Shown piece after piece: positions 19,249-30,400 of a DNA stretch of 51,592 bases. How positions within the stretch are numbered: the first letter of the stretch is position 1; the number at the start of each line of letters is the position of its first letter. A program made the translations under genes and the position numbers. Origin of the DNA: Bacteroidales bacterium (GTDB lineage Bacteria > Bacteroidota > Bacteroidia > Bacteroidales > WCHB1-69); NCBI GenBank assembly GCA_012838875.1, contig DUOL01000037.1, forward strand, positions 1 to 51,592. Reading direction: 5' to 3'. The notes below the pieces were generated by a model. The model was not told where the DNA came from and did no database searches. It worked only from the letters and a program-made list of their open reading frames with translations.

Positions 19249-20094
19249 TTAGTAATCACCCAACGTTTCCGGAAGTTGGCTTAATGCTATTTTAAATTGC
19301 TCATCATTTGGAGGCGTTCCGTGCCATTTATGCGTTCCCATCATAAAATCGACTCCCATTCCCATTTCCGTTTTCATTAAAATAAGTACGGGACTCTGTT
19401 TGCCTGTCAATTCCTTAGCCCTCTCCAGACCCCGTAGAAGCTCTTTCATATTATTTCCGTCCATTTCTATCACTTTCCAATCAAAGGCTTCAAATTTGGC
19501 TTTAAGGTCGCCCAAGGAGAGTACATCGTCAGTAGAACCGTCTATTTGTTTTTTATTATAATCGACAATTGCAATCAGATTATCGATTTTATTAGCTCCG
19601 GCGAACATGATAGCTTCCCAATTTTGTCCTTCTTGGAGTTCTCCGTCACCGACAAGCGTATAAATTAGTTTCGTATCTTTATTATTTTTTTTAGCTATGG
19701 CTGCACCGATTGAAACGGACAAACCTTGTCCAAGTGACCCGCTACTCGCTCTAATTCCGGGCAATCCTTTTACTGCTGTAGGATGACCTTGTAAGCGGGA
19801 ATTTAATTTTCTAAAGGTTGCAAGTTCGTCAATAGGGAAATAACCTCGTCTTGCCATGACACTATACAAAAGAGGTGAGATATGTCCGTTTGACAGAAAG
19901 AACATATCTTCATTTGCGCCCTCTTGTGTGAATTTTGTCGGATTTATATCAAGAAAATGAAAAAAGAGTACCGTAAGCAGGTCCGCACACCCTAAAGAAC
20001 CGCCCGGGTGCCCTGATTTAGCATCATGTATCATTCTAATGATATCACGTCTCACTTGTTTTGCAATTTGTTCTAATTGTTCGATATTAGCCAT
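19249..20094 (-). CDS. Transketolase, N-terminal (TPP-binding) subunit
   Basis: SGHPGGSLGCADLLTVLFF and GDGELQEGQNWEA are typical of a split transketolase N-terminal subunit, as is the 281-aa length. Confidence 0.85.
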   Translation of the reverse strand: MANIEQLEQIAKQVRRDIIRMIHDAKSGHPGGSLGCADLLTVLFFHFLDINPTKFTQEGANEDMFFLSNGHISPLLYSVMARRGYFPIDELATFRKLNSRLQGHPTAVKGLPGIRASSGSLGQGLSVSIGAAIAKKNNKDTKLIYTLVGDGELQEGQNWEAIMFAGANKIDNLIAIVDYNKKQIDGSTDDVLSLGDLKAKFEAFDWKVIEMDGNNMKELLRGLERAKELTGKQSPVLILMKTEMGMGVDFMMGTHKWHGTPPNDEQFKIALSQLPETLGDY

Positions 20095-20114
20095 AATATA
20101 TGTCTATTGATTTC

Positions 20115-20612
20115 TTATCTGCTTTCTTCTTCTAATTGAATAAGAAAATATATACCGATAAGCGTTAATAATTCAAGGTTTTTCACATAAAAGAAATCTT
20201 TTAGGAACTCAATATCTCCTTTAATTGTTCCGGCAATAATCGGCTTATATTTAAGTACTAATTGATTTTTTTCGTTGGTCCATCCCCACTGATTTTTCCA
20301 AAGGTTAATCATTTTGAAATAAAAAGGCATTTCGTTAAGCACGATTCTTGTGTGTAATTTAATATCAAGATATGCGGTAGTTTCAATAAGTTCCAGTTTT
20401 TCATCTGTAACAGTGATATAAGGTTTAAAGAAACCGAATCTTTCAAGTAAAAAAGAGCTTTCTTGAGTTTCAACACGGGCAACACTATTTTTCATAATAT
20501 CGAGGGTCCCATATAAATCATCGCCCAGTTTTATTTCATAAAAATTCTTAATAATATCAGGTTTAACAATTTGTAGTGTTGTAATCGGACTTTCGTTAAT
20601 TTTTTTTATCAT
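20115..20612 (-). CDS. Hypothetical protein with C-terminal TM helix
   Basis: 165-aa ORF packed tightly in the minus-strand gene string. No family recognised. Confidence 0.5.
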   Translation of the reverse strand: MIKKINESPITTLQIVKPDIIKNFYEIKLGDDLYGTLDIMKNSVARVETQESSFLLERFGFFKPYITVTDEKLELIETTAYLDIKLHTRIVLNEMPFYFKMINLWKNQWGWTNEKNQLVLKYKPIIAGTIKGDIEFLKDFFYVKNLELLTLIGIYFLIQLEEESR

Positions 20613-20641
20613 AACGTATTGTCAATATTTTTTTTTAATAA

Positions 20642-21040
20642 TTACAATTTAACAGAGTTTGATATTTTTTTGGCTATCTCTTTAAATTCTGCATCTGTGA
20701 GTTTCACTTTAGGGTTCGAAAAATTCAAATCTCCGAGATGTTTAAGTGGAACAAGATGTACATGTGTATGCGGCACCTCTAGCCCGATGACAGCAATGCC
20801 GATTCTCAGACAGTCCATATTTTTTTGTATCGCTGCTGCAACTTTTTTCGCAAAAATCATTAACTCCGCTAAGGTATCATCATCAAGGTCAAAGATATAA
20901 TCATTTTGTATTTTAGGTACGACAAGTGTATGCCCTTTTGCAAGCGGGGAAATATCAAGAAATGCAAAAAATTTATCATTTTCTGCGATTTTATAGGAAG
21001 GGATTTCTCCTTTAATAATTTTAGTAAAAACGGTTTCCAT
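20642..21040 (-). CDS. HIT-family (histidine triad) protein
   Basis: Histidine triad HTHVHLVP. The ATG at 21040 (METVFTKIIKGEIP) is preferred over the TTG at 21061, which would overlap greA. Confidence 0.85.
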   Translation of the reverse strand: METVFTKIIKGEIPSYKIAENDKFFAFLDISPLAKGHTLVVPKIQNDYIFDLDDDTLAELMIFAKKVAAAIQKNMDCLRIGIAVIGLEVPHTHVHLVPLKHLGDLNFSNPKVKLTDAEFKEIAKKISNSVKL

Positions 21041-21041
21041 A

Positions 21042-21515
21042 TTATCGTGATATTTTAACAATTTCTAACTCTATAACACCTGCGGGGACGACAATTTCCA
21101 CAATATCCTTCTCTTTTTTCCCGAGTAAACCTTTAGCTATGGGAGAGGTAACGGATATTTTGCCTTCTTTTAAATCCGCCTCTGACTCCGGCACGATGGT
21201 ATATGTCATTACAGCATTATTTTTCAAATTTTTCATTTCAACGATAGAATAGATAAGCACTTTAGATTTATCTAATTTTGAATCATCAATAATTCTGGCA
21301 TTAGCGATAAGATTTCTCAGCTTAGCAATTTTAAGTTCAAGAAGTCCTTGCGCTTCTTTAGCGGCATCATATTCTGCATTTTCCGAAAGGTCTCCTTTAT
21401 CTCGGGCTTCAGCTATCATGGCAGAGATTTTCGCCCGTTCATTAACCTCTAATTGGGTCAACTCTTCTTTTAAAGCAGCTAAGCCTTCCTCGGAATAATA
21501 CTTAACTTCATTCAT
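21042..21515 (-). CDS. greA: Transcription elongation factor GreA
   Basis: GDLSENAEYDAAKEAQ in the coiled-coil N-terminal domain, and a 157-aa length. Confidence 0.9.
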   Translation of the reverse strand: MNEVKYYSEEGLAALKEELTQLEVNERAKISAMIAEARDKGDLSENAEYDAAKEAQGLLELKIAKLRNLIANARIIDDSKLDKSKVLIYSIVEMKNLKNNAVMTYTIVPESEADLKEGKISVTSPIAKGLLGKKEKDIVEIVVPAGVIELEIVKISR

Positions 21516-21590
21516 AATTATTAATTTTAATAATTCAATTTAAAACAATAAAACTAAAGAGACATAAACGTCTCCTTAGTTATTAATATT

Positions 21591-21611
21591 GAAAAAAGGA
21601 AAACCTTTTTC
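21591..21611 (-). terminator. Hairpin terminator candidate downstream of the PorV-like gene
   Basis: AAAAAGG-AAAA-CCTTTTT lies immediately after the stop at 21612. On the minus strand the stem runs into a T tract. Confidence 0.45.
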
Positions 21612-22772
21612 TTACAATTCTACTTTAAGTCCTATATAATGATTTCCTTTCCATCTGTTAGTAAATCGATAACCGTAGTCAAGGAGTAGTCGAGACGTTC
21701 CTTTACTTTTAGGCACGAGTGGAATACCCAATGATACTCCGGCGGCAGGTCCGCTATACCAAGTTGTAGTTCCCCCTTTGCTGAGGACTCCACCTTCGAG
21801 GTTATAACCGGCACGAATCATAAAATAGGTACTAAAACCATACTCAACGCCTAAAGCAAAAATGTCTGTTGAGAACGAATTAGCAGTAAACGAAGCCGCT
21901 ACTGTAATTCTATGCAGTGCATCATCACGAGTTAAACCTTCATCTTTTCTATCAACTTTTGACATCTCTTTATATTCTCCTCCCCAAATCAAAAAGTCAT
22001 AAGATGCGCCCAATGTCAATAACGAAGGCATTTCATATTCAGCAGAACGTTGTTCTAATGTCAGCTCATGATCTGTTTTATTAACAACTCCGCGAACAGA
22101 AAGCCCATCTCCACGATAACTCATAGGCAGACCAACATTTTTCATGGTTATCCCTATTTTGAAGTGTTCAAAATCACCTGCCAAATATTGCACTCCTGCA
22201 TCAATAGCAAATCCTGTTGCGCTACAGTCGGAAATACTTTCATTAATCAATTTAACGGTTACTCCCCCGTGTATAAATTGGTTGAAGGTTTTAGCGTAGG
22301 ATAAGCCGATATACATAAGATTAGGGGAGAAAGTTCCCATACCGCCTTCAGGTTGATCGACTGTTGTAATCTGAATATCGCCGAACCCCATAGTAAAAAC
22401 AGAAAGTGCAAGCACGCCTAAATCCCGTTTTCCACCATCTTTTCCTTTAAGAGTAAGATGCTGAGCTACGGCAAACGAATTGATACCAATTCCTGTGCCT
22501 GAGCCTACTAAGTATTGTGTTCTTGAGAAGCCAAATTCTGTTTTATTAACAAAAGCGACTCCGGCAATATTTGAAAAGATAGCTTCCATACCACGTATTT
22601 CAGCGACACCTGCTGTTCCCCATCCGCTTGAGCGGGCAAAAGGATCGATAAGTAGGTGTTGCGCTCCGGCCTGACCTGACCTATCTCTATTCCCTGCTAA
22701 CAATTGAAAGCTAGGAAGAAAGAGAATGCTTATTAACGTGATGATAATTGTATTTTTATATATTTTTTTCAT
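21612..22772 (-). CDS. PorV-like T9SS outer-membrane beta-barrel protein
   Basis: Signal peptide followed by SGQAGAQHLLIDPFARSSGWGTAGVAEIRGMEAIFSNIAGVAF, which matches the N-terminal signature I recall for the PorV/LptO family. The 386-aa length also fits. Confidence 0.6.
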   Translation of the reverse strand: MKKIYKNTIIITLISILFLPSFQLLAGNRDRSGQAGAQHLLIDPFARSSGWGTAGVAEIRGMEAIFSNIAGVAFVNKTEFGFSRTQYLVGSGTGIGINSFAVAQHLTLKGKDGGKRDLGVLALSVFTMGFGDIQITTVDQPEGGMGTFSPNLMYIGLSYAKTFNQFIHGGVTVKLINESISDCSATGFAIDAGVQYLAGDFEHFKIGITMKNVGLPMSYRGDGLSVRGVVNKTDHELTLEQRSAEYEMPSLLTLGASYDFLIWGGEYKEMSKVDRKDEGLTRDDALHRITVAASFTANSFSTDIFALGVEYGFSTYFMIRAGYNLEGGVLSKGGTTTWYSGPAAGVSLGIPLVPKSKGTSRLLLDYGYRFTNRWKGNHYIGLKVEL

Positions 22773-22807
22773 AATTATAATATTTAAAAAATTTTACATT
22801 GTTAGGG

Positions 22808-25800
22808 TTAAAAAGCATTCAAGTCTGTAGGTCTCATTGCAGCGAAGAATTTCAGAGTTTTCTCGCCGACACCGGGAACTTGAACATGAACTATATACAT
22901 ACCGCTTGCTATAGGGATACCTGCACTATTCTTCAAATCCCAATTTACATAGGTTGATCCGCTATCACCTTTCGATAATCTTCGAACGAGAATACCGTTC
23001 ACCGTATAAATTGAAATAGTACAAGTTTGTGGAAGGTTTACAATTTTAATTTGGTTATCTAACGCCGATGATTCGTAAGCAGAGAAGCCATAGTACGGAT
23101 TAGGAATTATATTGATATTGTCAAGAGCCGAAACTGCCACATCGAGTACATTATGTTGTACAGCAACAGTACGGGTAGAGAATCTATACATCGGGAAGTT
23201 GTCATTTTGAACTGTTTGAGGTTCTGCTCCTTTATAAGAAGACCATCTCAAATAGGGACGTGTAACACGTATTTTAATTGTTACGTCATTAGAGAGCCAT
23301 AAATCTTCTTTTTTGTCGATTGCCATAGGAATACTCGTCCACATAACATTATTGAAAAGTTCGTTCTTTTTCTGCTTTCTTGAATCATTATGTGTCGATA
23401 TGTCAACAAAATTACTAAATTTATTTTTCAACCAAGCACCTTCGTCATAAGAACCGCAGTCCATATTTGCATTATAGCTTCGAGTTGCGCTAGCTCCTTG
23501 GTAGAAGTTTGTACCTGTATTTCCTGAGCTTCCGACAATGTAGATAAAGTGTTTTCCTCCGAAGGACGGATTGGGGAAATTATTTGGAAATTCTCCTACT
23601 GTTTCTTGGTAATATTTATAGAGCGCATTATAATAACCTTCGCTCAGTGGATTTCCTTCTTCGTCGTATCCATATACAGAAGTTGGGTTAAAGAGCATAT
23701 CGTCTCCATTATTTGCCGTATCGGCAGAATTTTCAGAGAACATAATATTCAATCTTTCACCGGTTTCAATATTGATAGCGTATCCCGGGAACCAGCCCAT
23801 TCCTGTGCCTGAACCGTCTGGTCTTCCTTCTTTATCTACAGAGGGTGATTTTCGCGGCTCAAAACGCCAAGCATTTCCGATAGATTTTGTACGATCTTCA
23901 CATGCTTCCAATACAACACAACGTGTCCACTTACTTTTATCAGGCGTTAACACTATATCCACAGAATAGAGATTAATCATACTTTGATTGTAGTGGTACT
24001 GATTAAAGTTACTTGTTGTAAAATCGGCATAAACAGATCCCGATTTAATTTTACTACCCCAATAGGGATCGAGCGGTTCTGTCATATTGCCTGGATAATC
24101 GGGATAAACATATTTTTGTTGCGGACCTCCATCATACGTTGTCGCTAACACATACGGAGCCCATGTACCATTAACAACATTTTCAAATTGCTCTTTCGGG
24201 TCTTTCCATGCTCTCGAACGCCAACTTTGATTTAAGGTTCCTTCCGGAACAATTAAGAAGTAGTCTTCCGTCTTCCATTGGTGATATTTATTTTCTACAC
24301 CGTCTTGAACGCCTTCGGCAAAGTCCCAAGCTCCGGCAGATTGATTTCCTGAACGTATCCAGTTGCCGATATATCCGTTAGTAAAGTCATAAGCACCACC
24401 TAGCCATTGTTTTGTTTTATCCGCATAAGTTATAGAAGAACCTATCAACTGTACTTGTGCAAATTTAGCTAAATTTTGATACGTTTTAGTTCCAAATATA
24501 CTATTTTCTGCAACCTCTTTTTGTAAAATTTCAAAAGGTTTATTTAAAATAGTAATAGCTATTCCGTGACTTAAGATTAACTGTTCATTTAATAAACTAA
24601 TCGTTGATTGGGAAGATAACGTATCAATTTCTCCATTTTCGTTGGTATATTCTAAAATCCAACTCGTATTTTCTGTCACGTCATTAGCTGCCGGCTCAAC
24701 AAATTTAATAATATAATCTCTAGCTTGTAATTTCAACGGGTCAATAACTTTAACTCCGATTGGACCTGCATCTTTTTCATACTCTATTTCATCAACTTTC
24801 CAGGGATATCCGGCCATAATTTGTTCTTTTGTTTTTTGAGAAATTTCGCAGAAAAATCCGCCATTCCCTTGACCTTCGATTCGTGTAATAACCGGTTGGG
24901 TTCCATATTCAGCATTAAGTACTGTACCTCCAAATTGAGGTGTAACATCGTGAGGAATTCCAACAACAGGTTTAATAGAACCGCCGCCAGCTGCTTTACG
25001 TCCTGCAAGGAATACTTTTTTCTGTCCGAGTAATCCATTGTCAATATTAGGATCTATGGAGAATGGTGCATATTCATTATAAGCATAGGCTAACACCATG
25101 AAATAATATTTTTTATGATTTACAAGAGTTGTGCTTCCTGTCGCAAAACGGTCTTCCGTAATAACCTTAGAGTGGTAAATACCTTCATTCGACCCTGCAA
25201 CTTTCTCAACAGGTACGGAGGTTGCAAGTGCATCGCTATATTCCCAATTAATCAACTGACCGATAGCCGTTCCATTAGATCTATAATTTTCCACGTCACA
25301 CTGCCCGATTAATTGAGCTAAATTCGGATCTGACAAATCTGTGATACTAACATTCTCATTTCTTAATTGATAGATGAGATAGCCTTCAAATTTATAGCTT
25401 CTTTCATCTTGTGTGTATTCGATAACATTTTCAACCGCATTATAATTTTGGTAGTATATAACCGTATCAACACCGTTAATATTAGTTACAATAGAGTCTA
25501 AGGTAATAGTAGTTGTTGTAATAGTTTGTGTGCGAGGTATTTGATTATCTAATTCTGCATAAGATTCTTGATAGTTATTACTTATCGGGTCATCATTTGA
25601 GATATAAAGAATTAATTTTTTATCTAATTCACGAATAGTAATATCCGGTGCATCGGGTCCGTCAAGAACTTTAAAACAGTTTTCAAAAAGTGCTTGGCAC
25701 TTATCATCAGCTATTTTCAAAAGTTTCACAGATTCCCAAGCTCCACCTGAAGATGCTCTAGCCCATGGAATACCAACTGTAATATAGTTTACAGCTCCTG

Positions 25801-27442
25801 CTTTAAGCGTGAACGGACCTGCAGATTGCATAAATCTACGGTCTGCAGGGGCATTCCCAACGTTAGCTTCAGTCCACCCCCCATCTCCATAAGAAGTTGG
25901 ATCGGGATCTATTCCTTGTGTACCCCAATTACATAGGTCGGTAAGTCCCGGAAACATAAAATCACATTCCGGACCTGTAGCTCCATTTGACGTATGAGCA
26001 TTTGCCCCATATTTCATTTTCGTACCATCTTTCCAATATCCTCTCAACATATAATAATATTCATACGCAACACTTGGGTCACCAACAACTGAATGGTCAT
26101 TGTTATGATAAACAAATCGTCTCATACCGAAACGCTCATTATCAACGATACCATCACCAAAGTTAACACCGTTAATTGCCATTGGGAATTTTTTATCGTC
26201 CCACTCTAATCCTGCTTCGGCAGGATTATTCAAGAACTTATCACAATAGGTGGGGTCTAAACGAACTGAATCAGGATAAAATTTAGGATTATCGATTCCA
26301 TCATCATCCATATAAGGACCTTGGAAGAAGTCAACCCCTACTGCTGGCGGGTGATTTCCGTAATGTTGTGCCAGCCCTTGTCCGTCAATATCATATCCGT
26401 TGTAACAATAACCTAAGCCTCGTGTAACATCGCAACCAACATAATCGTCTCCCTCGTAACCTAAGTCCGGGTCAACCCATTGAGAGAAGAACGTTTGAGT
26501 TAACTCAAAGGTAGAACGGTTGATAATCTCATAAGAGTAAAATGTCATGTTATTAATTTCGTCATTAGTAGCAAAGCCGAAGGCTTGTCCTCTAATTTCC
26601 AATCCGATAGGATCTCCTTGTGACTCGGTATGTTGTCCTCCCTTATCATTAAAAATCCAATATAACGTTTCATCTCCTTTCAGTACGTGGTCTGCGTAAA
26701 TCATTCCCTTTGTTGTACCTGATAATTCTTCGGGAGTTTTGGGCAGTGCGTCTTGTTGTGCTAATTCAATATTCTGCTCAGTCCACGGGCAAAGTGCGTT
26801 ATCTAAATCATAGTATGGATAATCTCCCTTTTCCGGTTTATAAACTCCGTCATTATCAATATCAAAGAACGGTGCTAAGTAGAACGATTGACCTTTTTCC
26901 ACATCTCCGTGAGCGGGCCAATTCTTGATACTATTAGGAATAACATAGCCGGGAGCAAAAGAGTTTGTTTCGCTATTCCAAGCTCCACGGTGAGCTTCTA
27001 CCTCTGCACGAGTAATTTTAAAGTGTTTGTCGTACTCTTTACAAGTAACTTGGTCAACCGACGCACCGGTAAGGGTCAAAGGTCCTGTCCAGAAGTCGTC
27101 ACCAACCTGACGAAAACGCACAGCCGCTAACTTCAACTGTTTATTAACATCAAGACCTCCAATCCACAAGGCAGCAGCAAACATAGATGTTTTTCCTGAA
27201 CCTTTAGGAATCTCATAACGTGCAATTTCTTTAAACCACATAGTACCGTTGGTTTCAAGGTAAGCGCGAACATTATTGATTGTTAATTCATTAGAATTTG
27301 TTGCAGGCAAACAAGCAGCAGCCTTGATATTTTGCATATTCGGACTTGGTCTAACTTCTCCTTTAAATTTCTTAGCAGATAGAGGAGTTGCTATGCTGAA
27401 GACTAAAACTGCGAGTATTAAAAATTTACTTACATTATTCAT
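22808..27442 (-). CDS. Very large secreted protein with T9SS C-terminal sorting domain
   Basis: 1544 aa with a signal peptide. The C-terminal roughly 90 aa (IIPNPYYGF...CTISIYTVNGILVRRL...WDLKNSAGIPIASGMYIVHVQVPGVGEKTLKFFA) fits the T9SS type-A CTD pattern. No catalytic motif recognised in the body. Confidence 0.65.
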   Translation of the reverse strand: MNNVSKFLILAVLVFSIATPLSAKKFKGEVRPSPNMQNIKAAACLPATNSNELTINNVRAYLETNGTMWFKEIARYEIPKGSGKTSMFAAALWIGGLDVNKQLKLAAVRFRQVGDDFWTGPLTLTGASVDQVTCKEYDKHFKITRAEVEAHRGAWNSETNSFAPGYVIPNSIKNWPAHGDVEKGQSFYLAPFFDIDNDGVYKPEKGDYPYYDLDNALCPWTEQNIELAQQDALPKTPEELSGTTKGMIYADHVLKGDETLYWIFNDKGGQHTESQGDPIGLEIRGQAFGFATNDEINNMTFYSYEIINRSTFELTQTFFSQWVDPDLGYEGDDYVGCDVTRGLGYCYNGYDIDGQGLAQHYGNHPPAVGVDFFQGPYMDDDGIDNPKFYPDSVRLDPTYCDKFLNNPAEAGLEWDDKKFPMAINGVNFGDGIVDNERFGMRRFVYHNNDHSVVGDPSVAYEYYYMLRGYWKDGTKMKYGANAHTSNGATGPECDFMFPGLTDLCNWGTQGIDPDPTSYGDGGWTEANVGNAPADRRFMQSAGPFTLKAGAVNYITVGIPWARASSGGAWESVKLLKIADDKCQALFENCFKVLDGPDAPDITIRELDKKLILYISNDDPISNNYQESYAELDNQIPRTQTITTTTITLDSIVTNINGVDTVIYYQNYNAVENVIEYTQDERSYKFEGYLIYQLRNENVSITDLSDPNLAQLIGQCDVENYRSNGTAIGQLINWEYSDALATSVPVEKVAGSNEGIYHSKVITEDRFATGSTTLVNHKKYYFMVLAYAYNEYAPFSIDPNIDNGLLGQKKVFLAGRKAAGGGSIKPVVGIPHDVTPQFGGTVLNAEYGTQPVITRIEGQGNGGFFCEISQKTKEQIMAGYPWKVDEIEYEKDAGPIGVKVIDPLKLQARDYIIKFVEPAANDVTENTSWILEYTNENGEIDTLSSQSTISLLNEQLILSHGIAITILNKPFEILQKEVAENSIFGTKTYQNLAKFAQVQLIGSSITYADKTKQWLGGAYDFTNGYIGNWIRSGNQSAGAWDFAEGVQDGVENKYHQWKTEDYFLIVPEGTLNQSWRSRAWKDPKEQFENVVNGTWAPYVLATTYDGGPQQKYVYPDYPGNMTEPLDPYWGSKIKSGSVYADFTTSNFNQYHYNQSMINLYSVDIVLTPDKSKWTRCVVLEACEDRTKSIGNAWRFEPRKSPSVDKEGRPDGSGTGMGWFPGYAINIETGERLNIMFSENSADTANNGDDMLFNPTSVYGYDEEGNPLSEGYYNALYKYYQETVGEFPNNFPNPSFGGKHFIYIVGSSGNTGTNFYQGASATRSYNANMDCGSYDEGAWLKNKFSNFVDISTHNDSRKQKKNELFNNVMWTSIPMAIDKKEDLWLSNDVTIKIRVTRPYLRWSSYKGAEPQTVQNDNFPMYRFSTRTVAVQHNVLDVAVSALDNINIIPNPYYGFSAYESSALDNQIKIVNLPQTCTISIYTVNGILVRRLSKGDSGSTYVNWDLKNSAGIPIASGMYIVHVQVPGVGEKTLKFFAAMRPTDLNAF

Positions 27443-27480
27443 TTTTCTAACTATTTTTATATATGAACGATATTTACTGA

Positions 27481-30400
27481 TTAAAATGAGAACTGTATTC
27501 CAAGACGTGCTCTAATTGGTTGTGTATAGTTATATGGGTCTTTCATTCTAATACTATATAAATCATAGTACGAATCTTGACTGATTTGAGATTTTATCTG
27601 TTGTTGGTATTCAGCTGCCGACAAATAACCGTCATCATCTGGATTTCCTGTATATTCATACACATAGATAATATTTTTCAAATTTAATACATTTAATAAG
27701 TCTAAATAAATAGTAAGAGCACCCGGTTTCTTACCTCTTGTATTTCCGTCTTTATCCTTAGCATTTTTCCCATATAGGTTAAAAATGAAAGTTTTATCAA
27801 TACGTATATCACATTGGAAAGTCCACGGTTTATTAGAACCGTTGATAGAACCTGACAACTGTGATTTTGTTCCCCCCACATATTCGGAGAATGCTTTACT
27901 TGAACGGCTATACGGAGTTCCTGAACGTGCAGCTATGTTCAAACTAATACCTGCGTTCTCGAACCATCTAATTTCGGTAACTTCATTGGTTTGTTTATTT
28001 ACTCTCTTACCCTTAGGTCCGTTATAATCCAACCCTTGACCGAAATGATAATCTAACCACAAGCCTACGCTATGTCTTTGGTCAAAAGAGAGATCTGTTA
28101 AAGTTCTTAAATTGGGTTGTCCTGAAGCAATAATTGCCAAACCTGACGTAGCTGAAGAACCTGTTCCCTTTGCAAACTGAAGCGTATAATTAGCTCTGAA
28201 AGCAACATTCTTAAACCTTTTTAATTCATAACTTAATGAAAATCCTTGTACCGTTCCAAAGTCAAGGTTTGCATACGAATAATAAGTGCTGGGATACGCA
28301 CCCGAATAACGGAAAGATTGAATTTGGTCACGTTTTTCCGAATAATAAGCAACTAATCCGATTGCAGAATTTTCTCCAATTTTTTGTCTGAAACTAATTT
28401 CATATTCAATACTTCTTGAAGGTTTCAAATTAGGATTCGTAACAATGTTTCCTGCTGATGAACCAAATTTTTCTATAAATAAATAATCTATTGGATTAAG
28501 TTGTAAGCTCGTAGGACGGCTTGTAATTATACTGTAATGAGCTGCAAAAAGAGAGTTATCAGAAACAGGGAATGAGAATGAAAGACGCGGCATCACTGAC
28601 CATTGTGGTTTATAGTCTTCAAATGCTTCGTAATGAACTTTCGTCAACGCTTGTCCTTGACCACCTTCTTGAATTGCAGTTTTCAAGATTGGACCACCAT
28701 TAGCTCCCAACATTGTTTCTGGGTCTACAATTTCATGTCCTTGCCAATCATACCATGTACTTCCGTTACGATAACCGATAATTGAAGTATTGTTAGCATC
28801 AAGGATTCCATCTTTTTGATTAACATATACAATCCAATCATCGCCAACATTATCGGGAATAAGAGTTTCATTAGTAATAGGATTGACAAATTCATTTTTA
28901 ACTTCACCGGCAGTGTAAGCACCTCTAAATAAGTATGGGTCTTTGAGTACTGATTGATTAGCATCAAATCTATCAACACGTACTCCAATATTGAATAATA
29001 AATTATTGATTGAAAATTTATCTTGTACCCACATAGACATATAAATAGGTTCGTAAGCTCCTATGCTATAAGTCTTATTTCCATATTCATCCGTTAAAGT
29101 AAAGAAGTCTTTAATTGATGTACTTTTATTATTCTTTTTACTTCCTGTATAATCGTAACCGTAGTAACTAATGAGCGGGCCTCCGCCTGTACCAACTAAT
29201 AACTCTTCTGCTGAAAACATGCCAAGATTAAAAGTTGACGGGTCATAATTATCAATATCGAGCCACTGGTCGCCATTAACAGGTAATCCTAAAGATGCAC
29301 GAAGATTTCTATCAAATGCAGTTTGTGCTTCCGTATTTATGTAGCGGTTATAACGAATTGTATCGTAACCTACAAAAATAGGATTATTGAGGTCTAATTC
29401 ATTAATATGTGCGTTCGCACTTTGACGCATAAGAGTCCAAAGAGCTACCGGAGCAAGTCCAAAACCTCTTGACGTAAGTTTTTCAAATTCATATCCTAAC
29501 TTTAATTCGTGGTTATCAATATTTAAAGATAAACTTGCTTTTGCTCCAAGCTGTGAAAATTGAGATTTGGAATATCTGTTAGATACAACGCCCGGTAATG
29601 AAAACAATCCATAACTTGTACTCGGAAGTTCACCGTTTAAAAGTGCTCCATACATTTGGTAAATTGTTTTATTATAGTTGTATCCGATGGCATCTGCTAC
29701 ATCTTCCGGAGAATAGCGATCCACAAAATTTTGAGTATAATAAGCCAAATCCGGATTTGATGAATTTCGTCCATCAAATGTTACTAATGAATCGTAGCCG
29801 ATATTTGCCATTACGTACATGCCGTAGTAATCTATACTATCAATTGTAATATCTTGATATTCATAAGATTCGGCTTTGTAAGTTTTAAATTTTCCGATAT
29901 GACCGTAATTAAAGTAATTATCTTTATGTCTTGCGTCTCGTGACCAACCATTAAAATAAGTATAGTTGACGTTCAAATTATACATCACATTCTTCACTCT
30001 TGCAGTGCCGGACGTATCGGTAAAAACTCTATGATTCAATCTTGCATGCGTACGAAGAGTAGAGTTCATTGACTCTGAGCCGTTTTGTCCGTTAAAAAGT
30101 GCGGAAGCAATAGACCACCCTTTACCTTTACGGTATTCATAAGATCCGCCAACGGAGAAGAGAATTTCATTTCTTTTTCCACCAACAAAATCTAATTTAC
30201 CTTGTAAAAGATATCCCCAATTATCTGCGTTATCACGAACTCTTTGTAATTTCAGGTCATCTTTTGTAATAAAATCGGCATTTTTATGAATTTGCGGAAA
30301 GCCACCGGCATCAACGTATCTATTTGGATTTTTAATCAAATAATCAATTGTCTCTTCTTTCGCTCTCCACGTACCTCCTTGTGCAGGATATCCGTCTTTA

